A stretch of DNA of 64,000 bases, from assembly GCA_041687355.1 (NCBI GenBank), contig JAWLCD010000011.1, forward strand, positions 2,217 to 66,216. The letters are read 5' to 3'. The notes under the pieces were generated by a model. That model saw only the letters and a list, made by a program, of their open reading frames with translations. It ran no database searches and was not told the DNA's origin. This DNA is from Clostridia bacterium. GTDB taxonomy: Bacteria; Bacillota; Clostridia; Acetivibrionales; UBA4821. Positions within the stretch are counted from its first letter, which is position 1, and the number at the start of each line of letters is the position of its first letter. Below are positions 1 through 10,495 of the stretch, in pieces. The translations under genes and the position numbers were made by a program.

Positions 1-666
1 GCCTATGAATGCGACCCTGTATCCATATTCGGTGGAATAATTGCTGCCAACAGGGAAATTGACGAGAGAACGGCCAAGGAGATTAACAAGATATTTGTTG
101 AGATAATTATTGCCCCGGCGTATACTGCGGGAGCTCTCGAAGTGCTTAAATCCAAAAAGAATGTGAGGGTTCTGGAGCTTAAGGATATACAAATCAAGTA
201 TACCCAGGGAATGCTCGACTATAAGAAGGTAGGGGGAGGCCTTTTGGTCCAGGAAGTAAATAATGCGTTGCTTGACCCTGCAGAAATCAGGGTAGTAACA
301 AAAGCCCAGCCTGACCAGAAGCAAATGGACGATTTAATATTTGCCTGGAAGACAGTTAAACATGTAAAATCCAATGCAATAGTCATTGCAAGGAATAAGC
401 AAACCATCGGAATCGGACCTGGACAGGTAAACCGTGTATGGGCTACTCAAAGTGCAGTTGAGAGAGGTGGTGAGAGTGCTAGAGGAGCAGTGCTTGCTTC
501 AGATGCATTCTTTCCATTTGCCGATAATATTGAAGCTGCTGCAAAAGCTGGAGTTTCAGCAATTATCCAGCCTGGTGGCTCACTGAAGGATCAGGACTCT
601 ATAGATGCATGCAACAAGCACGGAATTGCTATGGTATTTACGGGGATAAGACATTTTAAACATTAA
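1..666 (+). CDS. purH: Bifunctional AICAR formyltransferase/IMP cyclohydrolase, C-terminal part (5' end lies outside the window)
   Basis: Frame 1 is open from base 1 ([22 protein letters not shown]...). The C-terminus ...[56 protein letters not shown] is typical of PurH. purD follows directly. Confidence 0.9.
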   Translation, partial: AYECDPVSIFGGIIAANREIDERTAKEINKIFVEIIIAPAYTAGALEVLKSKKNVRVLELKDIQIKYTQGMLDYKKVGGGLLVQEVNNALLDPAEIRVVTKAQPDQKQMDDLIFAWKTVKHVKSNAIVIARNKQTIGIGPGQVNRVWATQSAVERGGESARGAVLASDAFFPFADNIEAAAKAGVSAIIQPGGSLKDQDSIDACNKHGIAMVFTGIRHFKH

Positions 667-717
667 AATGCTGCTAAGACTTGGACAGAAGGCCAAGAAA
701 AAGGGGGGAGATAGCTA

Positions 718-1974
718 ATGAAGGTTCTGGTTATTGGAGGAGGAGGTCGGGAGCACACACTTGTATGGAAGATAGTTCAAAGCCCAAGGGTGAAGAAAGT
801 GTATTGCACTCCAGGAAATGGAGGAATAAGCAGGCTGGCCGAGTGTGTTGATATTGAGGCTGGAGATTTAACTGCAGTTGTTAAATTCGCAAAAGAAAAG
901 GAAATAGACCTTGCTGTTGTGGGGCCTGATGACCCGCTTGCAATGGGATTGGTGGATAAGCTGGAGGAGGCAGGAATAAGGACGTTCGGGCCTTGTGCCC
1001 GGGCGGCTGAGATAGAAGCAAGTAAGGTTTTTTCAAAGGACCTGATGAAAAAATACAATATCCCTACAGCACATTACGAAGTATTTGAAGATTCTGACCA
1101 AGCTGTTAGGTATTTAAGAAACTGCACATTCCCAGTTGTCGTAAAGGCTGAAGGTTTAGCCCTGGGCAAGGGCGTTGTTATAGCCGAGGAATTTGAACAC
1201 GCTAAAAATGCAGTTGAAGAAATGATGTTAAAAAGGGTATTCGGTGAGGCTGGAAGACGGATAGTGATTGAAGAATTCCTTGAAGGTCAGGAAGTGTCCA
1301 TACTTACGTTTACAGACGGAAAAACGGTAGTACCTATGGTGAGTTCACAGGACCATAAAAGGGTCTATGACAATGATTGTGGTCCAAATACCGGAGGTAT
1401 GGGAACCTTTTCTCCGAGCAGGATATATTCCAAAGAGCTGGCTGAAGAGTGTATGGAAAGGATATACATACCCACAATAAGGGCTATGGAAAGTGAAGGC
1501 AGAAGGTTCAAGGGTGTACTGTATTTCGGACTCATAATTACCCGAGAAGGCCCAAAGGTTCTTGAATATAATGCCAGATTCGGTGACCCTGAAACCCAGG
1601 TCGTTATTCCGAGGCTCAAAACCGATATAATAGATGTATTTGATGCTGTAATTGATGAAAGACTTGGGCAGGTAAATATAGAGTGGCATCCCGGTGGCGC
1701 AGCGTGTGTGGTTATGGCGTCAGAGGGCTATCCGGGCAAGTATGAGAAAGGTTATGAGATTTCGGGAATCGAAGAGGCTGAAGAACTTGGGTGTATGGTG
1801 TTTCATGCTGGAACAAAAGTTCATAATGGGAAGCTGGTAACCTCGGGGGGCAGGGTACTTGGAGTTTCGGCATTAGGCAGCAGCCTTGAAAGTTCAATAG
1901 AAAAAGCTTATGAAGGTGTGGCCAGAATACGTTTCAAGGGTGCTCATTATAGAAAAGATATCGGAATAAAATAA
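718..1974 (+). CDS. purD: Phosphoribosylamine--glycine ligase
   Basis: 418 aa starting MKVLVIGGGGREH, with an ATP-grasp core (VVKAEGLALGKGV, EEFLEGQEVS, VLEYNARFGDPE). GGGGGAG RBS upstream. Confidence 0.95.
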   Translation: MKVLVIGGGGREHTLVWKIVQSPRVKKVYCTPGNGGISRLAECVDIEAGDLTAVVKFAKEKEIDLAVVGPDDPLAMGLVDKLEEAGIRTFGPCARAAEIEASKVFSKDLMKKYNIPTAHYEVFEDSDQAVRYLRNCTFPVVVKAEGLALGKGVVIAEEFEHAKNAVEEMMLKRVFGEAGRRIVIEEFLEGQEVSILTFTDGKTVVPMVSSQDHKRVYDNDCGPNTGGMGTFSPSRIYSKELAEECMERIYIPTIRAMESEGRRFKGVLYFGLIITREGPKVLEYNARFGDPETQVVIPRLKTDIIDVFDAVIDERLGQVNIEWHPGGAACVVMASEGYPGKYEKGYEISGIEEAEELGCMVFHAGTKVHNGKLVTSGGRVLGVSALGSSLESSIEKAYEGVARIRFKGAHYRKDIGIK

Positions 1975-1975
1975 C

Positions 1976-2027
1976 AAACGGGAAATTCAATAAAATTTGG
2001 TGTTTAATTTTATTGAATTTCCCGTTT
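1976..2027. terminator. Long perfect hairpin (21-bp stem) between purD and a convergent small gene
   Basis: AAACGGGAAATTCAATAAAAT / ATTTTATTGAATTTCCCGTTT flank a 10-nt loop. There is no clear U-tract, so terminator function is inferred from position only. Confidence 0.45.
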
Positions 2028-2153
2028 AAGTTCGCTGCGCTCACAACTTCTTAGATGTAGCTTTTGTTGAAATCTAGTCATAGCAACGCTTTGCAGTGGA
2101 CTTTCCTAGATTATAACAAAACAGGTAAGGATTAATCCTTACCTGTTGAACTC

Positions 2154-2333
2154 TTATCTCCTTTTCCTATGCTGAAACAGGTCTATTCCACCCAAGACAA
2201 CATGGGCAAGACCGAAACCAGCTACGCCGGAAGCAATCAGAGGAGTAACCGGCAGCAATGCCAATCCGGTAGCTGTAACAGCGGTGCCGACTACTGCAGG
2301 AACAGTACCCTCACGCCATTTTCTTCTTTTCAT
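2154..2333 (-). CDS. Small hydrophobic protein (about 59 aa, two predicted TM segments)
   Basis: An ATG follows a GGAGG RBS (GGAGGTAGTTGTTTATG). Gly/Ala/Val-rich TM-like sequence. A hairpin plus T-run lies downstream on the minus strand (2121-2150). Co-oriented behind the ArsR-family gene. Confidence 0.45.
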   Translation of the reverse strand: MKRRKWREGTVPAVVGTAVTATGLALLPVTPLIASGVAGFGLAHVVLGGIDLFQHRKRR

Positions 2334-2404
2334 AAACAACTACCTCCTTTTTTGAGTTCATAAATTAGGTTGCGGAGATAGCAGTTTTTTATTCGGTAGA
2401 TTTT

Positions 2405-2674
2405 TTATTCAAAAAGGCAGTTAATTACATTAATAATATCCCTATCAACCACTTTATAACATACTTCAGAACCAGTTCTATTACCTTCGACAATTCCTGC
2501 AGCTCTAAGCTTGGAAAGATGCTGTGAAACGCTGGACTGCGAGATTCCCAGACAATCCTGTATATTTGATACATTGCTTGGAGATTCCATAAGCTTCTTT
2601 ACAATGCATAACCTATTTAGATGTGCAATTACTTTTAGCTTTTCTGATAGTACCAGATACTGCCTTTTTGTCAT
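2405..2674 (-). CDS. ArsR/SmtB-family transcriptional regulator
   Basis: The winged-HTH signature is CIVKKLMESPSNVSNIQDCLGISQSSVSQHLSKLRAAGIV. The start was moved to the second ATG, which has an AGGTGG RBS. Confidence 0.85.
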   Translation of the reverse strand: MTKRQYLVLSEKLKVIAHLNRLCIVKKLMESPSNVSNIQDCLGISQSSVSQHLSKLRAAGIVEGNRTGSEVCYKVVDRDIINVINCLFE

Positions 2675-2944
2675 TTTAACCACCTGCAATTTTACATATT
2701 TAATAGATATATATCTTATTTTGGATTATAAATTCTAGTATTTCTATAATTATATTGGTTTGGGAAATTATTCTATATTTACATATTATAATAGTCTTGC
2801 TAGGTAGTCAATAATTAATTTCCTTATAGCTGGAAAATAAGGCTTACATTGTGAAAGTAAAAGAAATGTATGGGTCTAGGGAAAATGAATTAATTTCAAA
2901 GATACAAATGTTGACATAAGACTTCCGGGTTGTTATATTATATA

Positions 2945-3200
2945 TTAACAAAACATAGGGAATAAGCCAAAAACAAAGATGGAGAGGAGTAAGCAGCACA
3001 GCCTCCAAGAGAGAAGCACCCACAGGCTGAAAGGTGCATCAGGTAAAACTGCTGAAGGTCGCTCTGGAGTTCTGCAGTTAAATATCAGTAGACTGCAGCG
3101 GGTAGTGCCGTTATACACTTTGAGTGTATATTCCACATCGGAATATAAATTAAGGTGGTACCACGGAACCTTCGTCCTTAGGAAACGGAGGTTTTTTTAT
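2945..3200 (+). promoter_or_regulatory. T-box leader (tRNA-sensing riboswitch), probably Val-specific, ending in an intrinsic terminator
   Basis: Conserved T-box sequence AAATTAAGGTGGTACCACGG at 3147-3166, followed by the stem AACCTTCGT/ACGGAGGTT and TTTTTTT. An AGAGA (GA-motif) lies upstream. A GUA candidate specifier sits in CAGGTAAAA. It is upstream of valS. Confidence 0.85.
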
Positions 3201-3217
3201 TCGGGAGGTGAAGCAAA

Positions 3218-3424
3218 ATGAGTTTTTACTTTATTACAGGTATTTCGTTTATGGGGGTTGGAGCCATAGTTGTGTATTTCGCAAGATTCTTGCTGAAGAG
3301 CTTTCTGCCCGGCTTTATGAATGAAAAAGGTATATTGACTGCAAAGCTGATTGGACTCACACTGGTGGTCCTGGGAGCGTTTATAATATTTTTCAGCGGG
3401 GTCTCAGAGTTCAGAAGTCCATGA
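3218..3424 (+). CDS. Small membrane protein (68 aa, two TM segments) between the T-box and valS
   Basis: Good RBS (GGAGGTGAAGCAAAATG). Strongly hydrophobic sequence (FYFITGISFMGVGAIVVYF..., LIGLTLVVLGAFIIFF). Confidence 0.5.
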   Translation: MSFYFITGISFMGVGAIVVYFARFLLKSFLPGFMNEKGILTAKLIGLTLVVLGAFIIFFSGVSEFRSP

Positions 3425-3472
3425 TACAGATATTGAAAAAATCGGGAATAGAATTTAAAGGAGGAATGGAAT

Positions 3473-6124
3473 ATGTCTGAACAAAGATTGATTTCAAAGA
3501 CCTATGAACCTGATAAAGTTGAAGAAAAAACCTATAGAGAATGGATGGGAAAAGGATATTTCAGGGCTGAGATAGACAAAGACAAGGAACCTTATACCAT
3601 CGTGATGCCACCTCCTAACGTAACCGGTCAGCTGCATATGGGTCATGCGCTTGACAATACCCTGCAGGATATTCTAATCAGGTGGAGAAGGATGCAGGGA
3701 TACTCTGCCTTGTGGCTTCCGGGAACCGACCATGCAGGTATTTCTACCGAAGCTAAGGTTGTTGAGAAACTGAGACAGGAAGGGTTAACCAAAGAGGCCC
3801 TTGGTAGGGAGAAATACCTTGAAAGAGCATGGGAGTGGAAGAAACAGTATGGCGGCAGGATAGTTGAACAGCTTAAGAAGCTGGGCTGTTCCTGTGATTG
3901 GTCGCGTGAAAGGTTTACACTGGATGAAGGGCTTTCGTCAGCGGTCACCGAGGTTTTTGTCAAGCTCTATAAAAAGGGCTTGATTTATAAGGGCGAGAGG
4001 ATAATAAACTGGTGTCCCAAGTGCAGAACTTCCATTTCGGATGCAGAGGTTGAATATGAAGAGAAAAGCGGCAGCCTGTGGTATATAAAATACCCGACAC
4101 CTGATGGAACTGACGGTATAGTTGTTGCCACCACAAGACCGGAGACAATGCTGGGTGATACGGCTGTAGCAGTTCATCCCGAGGATGAAAGATATAAGCA
4201 ACTTATAGGCAGAACAGTTGTCCTTCCGCTTATGAACAGGGAAATACCGGTGATTGCAGACCAATATGTGGATAAGGAATTCGGTACAGGGGCTGTTAAG
4301 ATTACCCCTGCCCATGATCCTAATGATTTTGAAGTTGGTCTCAGGCATAACCTTGAACAGATTAAGGTAATTGATGATGCTGGAATCATGAGTAAAAATG
4401 CGGGTAGATATGAAGGTATGGAAAGATACCAGGCAAGGAAGGCTATAGTCGAAGATTTGACAAAGCTGGGACTGCTTGAGAAAACCGAAGAGCATAAGCA
4501 TAATGTCGGAGGGTGTTACCGCTGTAATACTGTAATAGAACCTTCACTCTCAGAACAGTGGTTTGTTAAAATGAAGCCCCTGGCTGAGCCTGCAATCCGG
4601 GTTGTAAAGGAAGGGAAGATTAAATTTGTCCCAGACAGATTCTCAAAGATTTACTTCAATTGGATGGAGAATATCCAGGATTGGTGTATTTCGAGGCAGT
4701 TATGGTGGGGGCACAGGATTCCAGCCTATTATTGTTTGGACTGCGGGTATATAATGGTTGAAAAGGAGCCGCCTTCAAGCTGTGAAAAGTGCGGAAGTAA
4801 AAATATAAAGCAGGATGAAGATACGCTGGATACGTGGTTCAGCTCGGCACTCTGGCCCTTCTCCACCCTGGGGTGGCCGGAGAAGACCCAGGACCTTGAG
4901 TACTTCTATCCGACCAGTGTACTTGTTACAGCTTATGACATCATCTTCTTCTGGGTTGCAAGAATGATATTCTCCGGGATGGAGCATATGGCTGAGGAGC
5001 CGTTCAAGTATGTATTTATCCATGGCATTGTCAGGGATGCCCAGGGAAGAAAGATGTCCAAATCCTTAGGGAACGGAATTGACCCTATTGAGGTAATAGA
5101 CAAGTACGGTACAGATGCGTTAAGGTTTTCACTCACTATAGGCAATACACCCGGTAATGACATAAGGTTTTCAACCGAAAAGATAGAATCGGTGAGGAAC
5201 TTTGCCAACAAGATATGGAATGCTTCAAGGTTTGTTTTAATGAATCTGGAGCAGGGTAGGGATGACGCCAGCCATGCCCCCTTAAGGTTTACGCTTGCGG
5301 ATAAATGGATTCTCAGTAGGGTAAACCAGCTGGTACAGGAAGTAACAGATAATATGGAGAAATTTGAATTTGGTATTGCCGCTCAGAAATTGTATGAGTT
5401 CTTCTGGGATGAATTCTGCGATTGGTATATTGAAATGGTAAAACCAAGACTGTATGATATAAATAATCCCTCAAGACCCGAAGCGCAGTATGTTCTGACT
5501 AAAGTGCTGAGTACGGCATTAAAGCTTCTGCATCCATACATGCCGTTTATTACAGAAGAGATATACAGGAACCTGGTTGATGAAGACACAAGTATTATGG
5601 TTTCCGAATGGCCAGGGTTTGACCGCAGTCTTAGATATGAAGCCGACCAGGAAGATATGGCTCTAATTATGGAAACCATAAAATCAATAAGGAACATTAG
5701 AGCCGAGATGAACGTTCCTGCCAGCAGGAAATCCAAGGTGTTCTTAGTAACCGGGGATACCGGAATAAGGGAACTCCTTGACAGAGAGAAGACTTATTTT
5801 GAAAGACTGGCCTGGTCTGAAATTGAAATAAGACAGAATAGGCATGGGATTTCAAAGAATGTAGTTTCGGCAGTAATACCCGGAGTTGAGATATTTATTC
5901 CTTTTGAGGAACTGGTTGATGTGAGTAAGGAAATTGAAAGGCTGGGAAGGGAGAAGGCCGACCTCGAAAAGGAACTGCATAGGGTAAACGGACTGTTAAG
6001 TAATGAAAAATTCATGCAAAAGGCGCCTAAAAAGGTTGTGGACGAGGAGAAAGAAAAGAAAGTCCGTTATACCGAAATGATGGAAAAAGTTGTTGAGAGG
6101 CTGGAGAGCCTTAAGAATAATTGA
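3473..6124 (+). CDS. valS: Valine--tRNA ligase
   Basis: 883 aa with class I motifs [13 protein letters not shown] (HIGH) and KMSKSLGN (KMSKS), plus a C-terminal coiled coil. Confidence 0.97.
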   Translation: MSEQRLISKTYEPDKVEEKTYREWMGKGYFRAEIDKDKEPYTIVMPPPNVTGQLHMGHALDNTLQDILIRWRRMQGYSALWLPGTDHAGISTEAKVVEKLRQEGLTKEALGREKYLERAWEWKKQYGGRIVEQLKKLGCSCDWSRERFTLDEGLSSAVTEVFVKLYKKGLIYKGERIINWCPKCRTSISDAEVEYEEKSGSLWYIKYPTPDGTDGIVVATTRPETMLGDTAVAVHPEDERYKQLIGRTVVLPLMNREIPVIADQYVDKEFGTGAVKITPAHDPNDFEVGLRHNLEQIKVIDDAGIMSKNAGRYEGMERYQARKAIVEDLTKLGLLEKTEEHKHNVGGCYRCNTVIEPSLSEQWFVKMKPLAEPAIRVVKEGKIKFVPDRFSKIYFNWMENIQDWCISRQLWWGHRIPAYYCLDCGYIMVEKEPPSSCEKCGSKNIKQDEDTLDTWFSSALWPFSTLGWPEKTQDLEYFYPTSVLVTAYDIIFFWVARMIFSGMEHMAEEPFKYVFIHGIVRDAQGRKMSKSLGNGIDPIEVIDKYGTDALRFSLTIGNTPGNDIRFSTEKIESVRNFANKIWNASRFVLMNLEQGRDDASHAPLRFTLADKWILSRVNQLVQEVTDNMEKFEFGIAAQKLYEFFWDEFCDWYIEMVKPRLYDINNPSRPEAQYVLTKVLSTALKLLHPYMPFITEEIYRNLVDEDTSIMVSEWPGFDRSLRYEADQEDMALIMETIKSIRNIRAEMNVPASRKSKVFLVTGDTGIRELLDREKTYFERLAWSEIEIRQNRHGISKNVVSAVIPGVEIFIPFEELVDVSKEIERLGREKADLEKELHRVNGLLSNEKFMQKAPKKVVDEEKEKKVRYTEMMEKVVERLESLKNN

Positions 6125-6139
6125 TTGAATTGATAAAAT

Positions 6140-6173
6140 ACAGAAAGGACCGGAATATTCCGGTCCTTTCTGT
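6140..6173. terminator. Bidirectional intrinsic terminator
   Basis: ACAGAAAGGACCGG-AATATT-CCGGTCCTTTCTGT followed by ATTTT. It lies between the convergent valS and a minus-strand gene. Confidence 0.7.
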
Positions 6174-6176
6174 ATT

Positions 6177-6677
6177 TTAAATTGTCAGTCTCCTTATAGG
6201 TAAAGTGAGGAAGTTAAGCTTATTAATAAGCAAGAATACTCTGGCATAAACCATCCTGACCCTGCTTCTACGGACAGCCATTAAACACAGATGGTCCTTT
6301 AGCCCGGCCAATGACAAGGTAATGTCATTCATAAGTATATCCCTGTAGTAATAACTCTTTTCTTTCTTTAAGGCTCGGGCACACATCTGAATCTTGTAAA
6401 TATATGGCTGCTGGTCTGGATGTGCATACCGCAGAACCTCTTCTGCAACAGCCAAGAGCTTGTCTGGGTCTGCATAGGGCATACCGCTTGAGGTATTACG
6501 GATACCACCGCAGTTAGCCAATCTGTTTACAACCTTTCCTGGGTCCGTACCTGGAACATGCTTAAACGTATATTTTATATCATCTTCGTGGATTGGTACT
6601 GAACGTCGTGCCAGGCGTGTATGTGCAGATGGCTCTCCTATACGTACTTTCGTTTTAAGTCTTTCTCTCATTCCCAA
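6177..6677 (-). CDS. Hypothetical protein (166 aa), Arg-rich
   Basis: Open frame with a GGAGG-like RBS (AAGGAGGTGCTTGGGAATG). No family-diagnostic motif recognised. Confidence 0.5.
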   Translation of the reverse strand: MGMRERLKTKVRIGEPSAHTRLARRSVPIHEDDIKYTFKHVPGTDPGKVVNRLANCGGIRNTSSGMPYADPDKLLAVAEEVLRYAHPDQQPYIYKIQMCARALKKEKSYYYRDILMNDITLSLAGLKDHLCLMAVRRSRVRMVYARVFLLINKLNFLTLPIRRLTI

Positions 6678-6695
6678 GCACCTCCTTTGAAGCCG

Positions 6696-7019
6696 TTACT
6701 TGACGTCCTTAATGTAGTGGTAGAATTCCATGAGTTCTGTTTCGCAATCACGTTTATGAACAAATGGCGCAAGGCTTTTAACAAGCTGCTGCCTGCTCTC
6801 ACTCACTATTATCCGCTGTCTGTACTCAGGTATCTGGGTTGAGAACAGGTTGCTGAGGTGGTTTCCCAAATGGAGCCTCAATCTTTGCAGCGATCGGCCT
6901 GATCTTTCAAGCTTGCGGATATGTTCCAGAATCTGTTTGCACCTTGTCTTCTCAAGAGACAGGGAAGCGCCTTGTGACGAAAGGAATGCAGATCTGTAAC
7001 CTGACTTTTTGTAACCCAT
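6696..7019 (-). CDS. Hypothetical protein (107 aa)
   Basis: Open frame with an AGGAGGAAATCTGATG RBS, 18 nt upstream of the 166-aa gene. No recognisable motif. Confidence 0.5.
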   Translation of the reverse strand: MGYKKSGYRSAFLSSQGASLSLEKTRCKQILEHIRKLERSGRSLQRLRLHLGNHLSNLFSTQIPEYRQRIIVSESRQQLVKSLAPFVHKRDCETELMEFYHYIKDVK

Positions 7020-7266
7020 CAGATTTCCTCCTTAACGGCTGACATAAAGCCGCTGATTTGATATACAACTCCTTGGTCGAAATTATTCCGAACAGGTTAA
7101 GACATATAGAATTTTTGAGTAGATAATGTTTAATTTTACTATTATTTTAAAGCAAGTTCAAGAGAAAAAAGCATATTATTAACTTTTTGCAGAACAATAT
7201 CTTTTTTCATGTGTGCCGGTTTGTTATAATGAATTCAGGATCATAACAGGATTCAGGAGAAATAGT

Positions 7267-8529
7267 ATGCAGAAAAAAACAATGCCGTTCTGGAAGGATT
7301 ACTGCAGGCCAAGATATAAGGATGAGATTGAGAATATTCAATCTGAGTTTCTTGCGCCGTATGCTGCTGTCACGACTGCCGGAAGAAGGTACAAAGAGGA
7401 GAGTTACAAGCTGGAGACCCGTTCCGAGTTCCAGCATGACAGGGACAGGATAATTCACTCCAAGGCATTCAGGAGACTATTATACAAGACTCAGGTATTT
7501 GTAAACCATGAAGGAGACCATTATCGTACAAGGCTGACGCACAGTATGGAGGCAGCCCAGATAGCAAGGAGCATATCAAGATGTCTCGGGCTGAATGAAG
7601 ATTTGACAGAAGCTATTTCGCTCGGGCACGACCTTGGACATACACCTTTTGGACATGCTGTGGAAGGACTGCTTGACAGATATCTTAAGGAAGAAGGTGG
7701 CTTTCTTCACAACCAGCATGGTGTAAGAGTGGTTGATATTCTGGAAAACAAGCCTGGCTATCCCCAGGGGGATTTCGGGCTGAACCTTACATGGGAAGTA
7801 AGGGAGGGGATACTAAAGCATACCGGTGATTCAAGCGGAATATATGCAGACCTTTGTCCGGATAAGCCGGGTTCGTTGGAATCCCAGGTTGTCTATTATG
7901 CGGATAAGATAGCATATATTTGCCACGACCTTGAAGACGCCATGAGTGCAGGCATAATTGATGAACTCAAGAAAAGCTGTATCATAGGCCAGGAATATCC
8001 TGAAAAGTTCTGGTATGATTTCGGAGTGGAGAAGTGTCACATAGATAAAGGTGTAAGTCCGCTTATCGGAGTTCTTACAAGGGTACTTACAGAGGAAACC
8101 ATAAAGGTAATTAGCAGGTACAATATAGACAGCACTGAGAAGGTAAGAAAGTTTTGCGACAATGGGGAAAACTTAAACAGGATTGTTACTTTCGGGCCTT
8201 TTGAATCCAGGTTCAAGGAATTAAAAGGGTTTGTATACAAATACATATACAGCAGTCCGGTTGTATCAGTCATGGATGTAAAAGCTGTGAGGGTTATCAG
8301 AAAAATATTTCATACCTATAAAAGAAATCCTGAGCAGCTGCCCTACCCGGTCTATGACTTATATATAAAAACTGTGGAAAAGCCGGAGAAACTCGGGAAT
8401 GGATACCTAACTACACCGCTGAGGGTAATATGCGATTATATTGCTTCAATGACTGACAGGTATGCAATTGAGGAATACGACAGACTGTTCAATCCACATT
8501 CTAAAGTCTATAAAGGTGTATCAATATGA
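7267..8529 (+). CDS. dGTP triphosphohydrolase-like HD-domain protein
   Basis: The HD motif region is RTRLTHSMEAAQIARSI...GHDLGHTPFGH. C-terminal ...DYIASMTDRYAIEEY is typical of the dGTPase family. The start was set at the ATG after the AGGAGAAATAGT RBS. Confidence 0.85.
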   Translation: MQKKTMPFWKDYCRPRYKDEIENIQSEFLAPYAAVTTAGRRYKEESYKLETRSEFQHDRDRIIHSKAFRRLLYKTQVFVNHEGDHYRTRLTHSMEAAQIARSISRCLGLNEDLTEAISLGHDLGHTPFGHAVEGLLDRYLKEEGGFLHNQHGVRVVDILENKPGYPQGDFGLNLTWEVREGILKHTGDSSGIYADLCPDKPGSLESQVVYYADKIAYICHDLEDAMSAGIIDELKKSCIIGQEYPEKFWYDFGVEKCHIDKGVSPLIGVLTRVLTEETIKVISRYNIDSTEKVRKFCDNGENLNRIVTFGPFESRFKELKGFVYKYIYSSPVVSVMDVKAVRVIRKIFHTYKRNPEQLPYPVYDLYIKTVEKPEKLGNGYLTTPLRVICDYIASMTDRYAIEEYDRLFNPHSKVYKGVSI

Positions 8530-9113
8530 ACAAGTATGCCGGTTTCTATGAACTTAAGTCTTTAAACATACCGACAGTTCCCTGGGAAAGGTTTCAGGTT
8601 AACACCATACTGGACCGGCGCTATCTATGGACAATAAGGGCAGCTGTCGAAAATGGAAATGACCTTGGACTTCCTAGAGCTGTAGGAGTGATGGCTGAGG
8701 AAGCATATATGAAGGGTATGGAGTTCCTGCGCAAGTTTGGTGATACAGGCTTGGTAATCTACTACCCTTATTTCATAGCTGAAAAAAGCGGGGTTATTGA
8801 TATAAGCAGTGGGAGAACGGTTGTTGAAGGGGTAAAAGGCGATTTGTGGAACCTGGTCTCACATGGTGTAAAAGATGTTACGGTGATTATTGAAGACACA
8901 AATCATTATTTTAGAGGGGAAAAGGATTTTTTGTCAGAAGATGAGATGAATGAAATTCTGGGTTATTCGAATATACTAAGAGGTAGGTACAGGAATATTC
9001 TAACTGAAGGGAAGTCGCTGATGCTGGAGTGGAGTTATGCGTTTAAATCAGATATCAATAATAGGCCTACAGGAGACAGATATTTAGTGTTTTACGAAAT
9101 GAGAGCAACCTAA
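8526..9113 (+). CDS. Hypothetical protein (195 aa), translationally coupled to the dGTPase-like gene
   Basis: ATGA start/stop overlap with the upstream gene. There is a weak resemblance to a PEP-utilising/ATP-grasp N-terminal segment (LWTIRAAVENGNDLGLPRAVGV), which is not diagnostic. Confidence 0.6.
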   Translation: MNKYAGFYELKSLNIPTVPWERFQVNTILDRRYLWTIRAAVENGNDLGLPRAVGVMAEEAYMKGMEFLRKFGDTGLVIYYPYFIAEKSGVIDISSGRTVVEGVKGDLWNLVSHGVKDVTVIIEDTNHYFRGEKDFLSEDEMNEILGYSNILRGRYRNILTEGKSLMLEWSYAFKSDINNRPTGDRYLVFYEMRAT

Positions 9114-9315
9114 TGAATAATGCTATGAATTATTGGTTGTTTTAGAAAGATGTATACAAGTGGAAGAGGTTTGACACAATAACTCATATTTGATATACAT
9201 ATGTTATATAAGAATAAGGTAGTATCGGAATAAGATGTATACTTACAGTAGAAAAAAGTATTTTTTTGTGCTATAATTAATTTGAGCAATTCATTACAGG
9301 AAGGAGAGGTTGAGT

Positions 9316-9729
9316 ATGGCTGAACAAACCAAGGCCAAGGATGGTAACGTGGGCAGCATCAGGATAGCTAATGAGGTGGTTGCAATAATTGCCGGTCTGG
9401 CTGCAACTGAGGTTGCCGGAGTTGCAGGCATGAGCGGTGGTATTGCAGGCGATATAGTTGAGATTCTTCGGGGCAAGAACCTTTCCAAGGGAGTTAAAGT
9501 TGAAGTAGGAGAAAAGGAAACTGCCATAGATTTGTTTATCATAGTAGAGTATGGAGTTAGAATTCCTGATATCGCATGGGAGATTCAGAACAAGGTCAAG
9601 AAGGCTGTCGAGACCATGACAGGGCTTAATGTTGTTGAAGTAAATATCAATGTTCAGGCAGTGAATATTGAAAGGGAAACCAAGAAAGAACATAAGGAAA
9701 AAGAAGAGGAAGCTCACAGGGTTAAATAA
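9316..9729 (+). CDS. Asp23/Gls24-family alkaline shock protein
   Basis: IRIANEVVAIIAGLAATEVAGVAGMSGG and ...VNINVQAV are typical of Asp23. RBS GGAAGGAGAGG. Confidence 0.9.
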   Translation: MAEQTKAKDGNVGSIRIANEVVAIIAGLAATEVAGVAGMSGGIAGDIVEILRGKNLSKGVKVEVGEKETAIDLFIIVEYGVRIPDIAWEIQNKVKKAVETMTGLNVVEVNINVQAVNIERETKKEHKEKEEEAHRVK

Positions 9730-9918
9730 GCCTTCATAGTGACTCATTATGTTAGGTAGAAGTGCACTAACCTTTATCATGTTTAGAAAAGCATCTTGTT
9801 TTATACCCTTTTTTAAAAGGGTTTATTTTTTTAGAAAAATAAAATATAATGTTTTTTGAAAGACAGATTGTATGCAGGATACTTAAATGAAATATATTTG
9901 AGAAACGGGGGAAACGGT

Positions 9919-10476
9919 GTGAATTTATTTGGAAGGTTGATGTTGTCGTTTTATGCATTTCTGATTGCTCTATTATCAATAACTGCTCTTGTTTTATCAT
10001 TCCTGGTTTGGGCGGGCACCATACCTTACTACACTGCCGCCGAAATGGCAGGGCTGCTCGTATCATACCAGTGGACGCTTCCAACAGTTTTGGTAACTGC
10101 TTTGCTGCTATTCGTTATTAGCCTTAGATTTATGCTCATGGGAGCAGGGAACAGGCAGGAAAGGAGCCCGGTTACAAGAGATGCTGCGGGTGGAGAAATT
10201 GCAATTTCGTTGGAAACATTTGAGAGCATTGCGCTGTCTGCCCTTAGGAAGATACCTGAGGCAAAGGATTACTCGGCAAAGGTAAGGAGAACGAATGACG
10301 GAGTGATAGTATCTATAAGCCTGTCTGTCATTCAGGATGTAAATATACCTGAGCTGGCCGAAGATATTCAGGTAAAAACTATTGAAGCTACTGAAAAAAT
10401 GACAGGAGTAAAAGTTCTGAATGTACGTGTGAAGATAGATAATATTGCTGCCGGTTTCAAGAATAAACTGGAATAG
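9919..10476 (+). CDS. Asp23 membrane-anchor protein (AmaP-like)
   Basis: GTG start after GGGGGA. Two N-terminal TM segments, then an Asp23-like soluble part (ISLETFESIALSALRKIPEAKD...VRVKIDNI). It sits directly after asp23, as in other Firmicutes. Confidence 0.7.
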   Translation: MNLFGRLMLSFYAFLIALLSITALVLSFLVWAGTIPYYTAAEMAGLLVSYQWTLPTVLVTALLLFVISLRFMLMGAGNRQERSPVTRDAAGGEIAISLETFESIALSALRKIPEAKDYSAKVRRTNDGVIVSISLSVIQDVNIPELAEDIQVKTIEATEKMTGVKVLNVRVKIDNIAAGFKNKLE

Positions 10477-10495
10477 CTCCCTGGAGGTGAATTGG

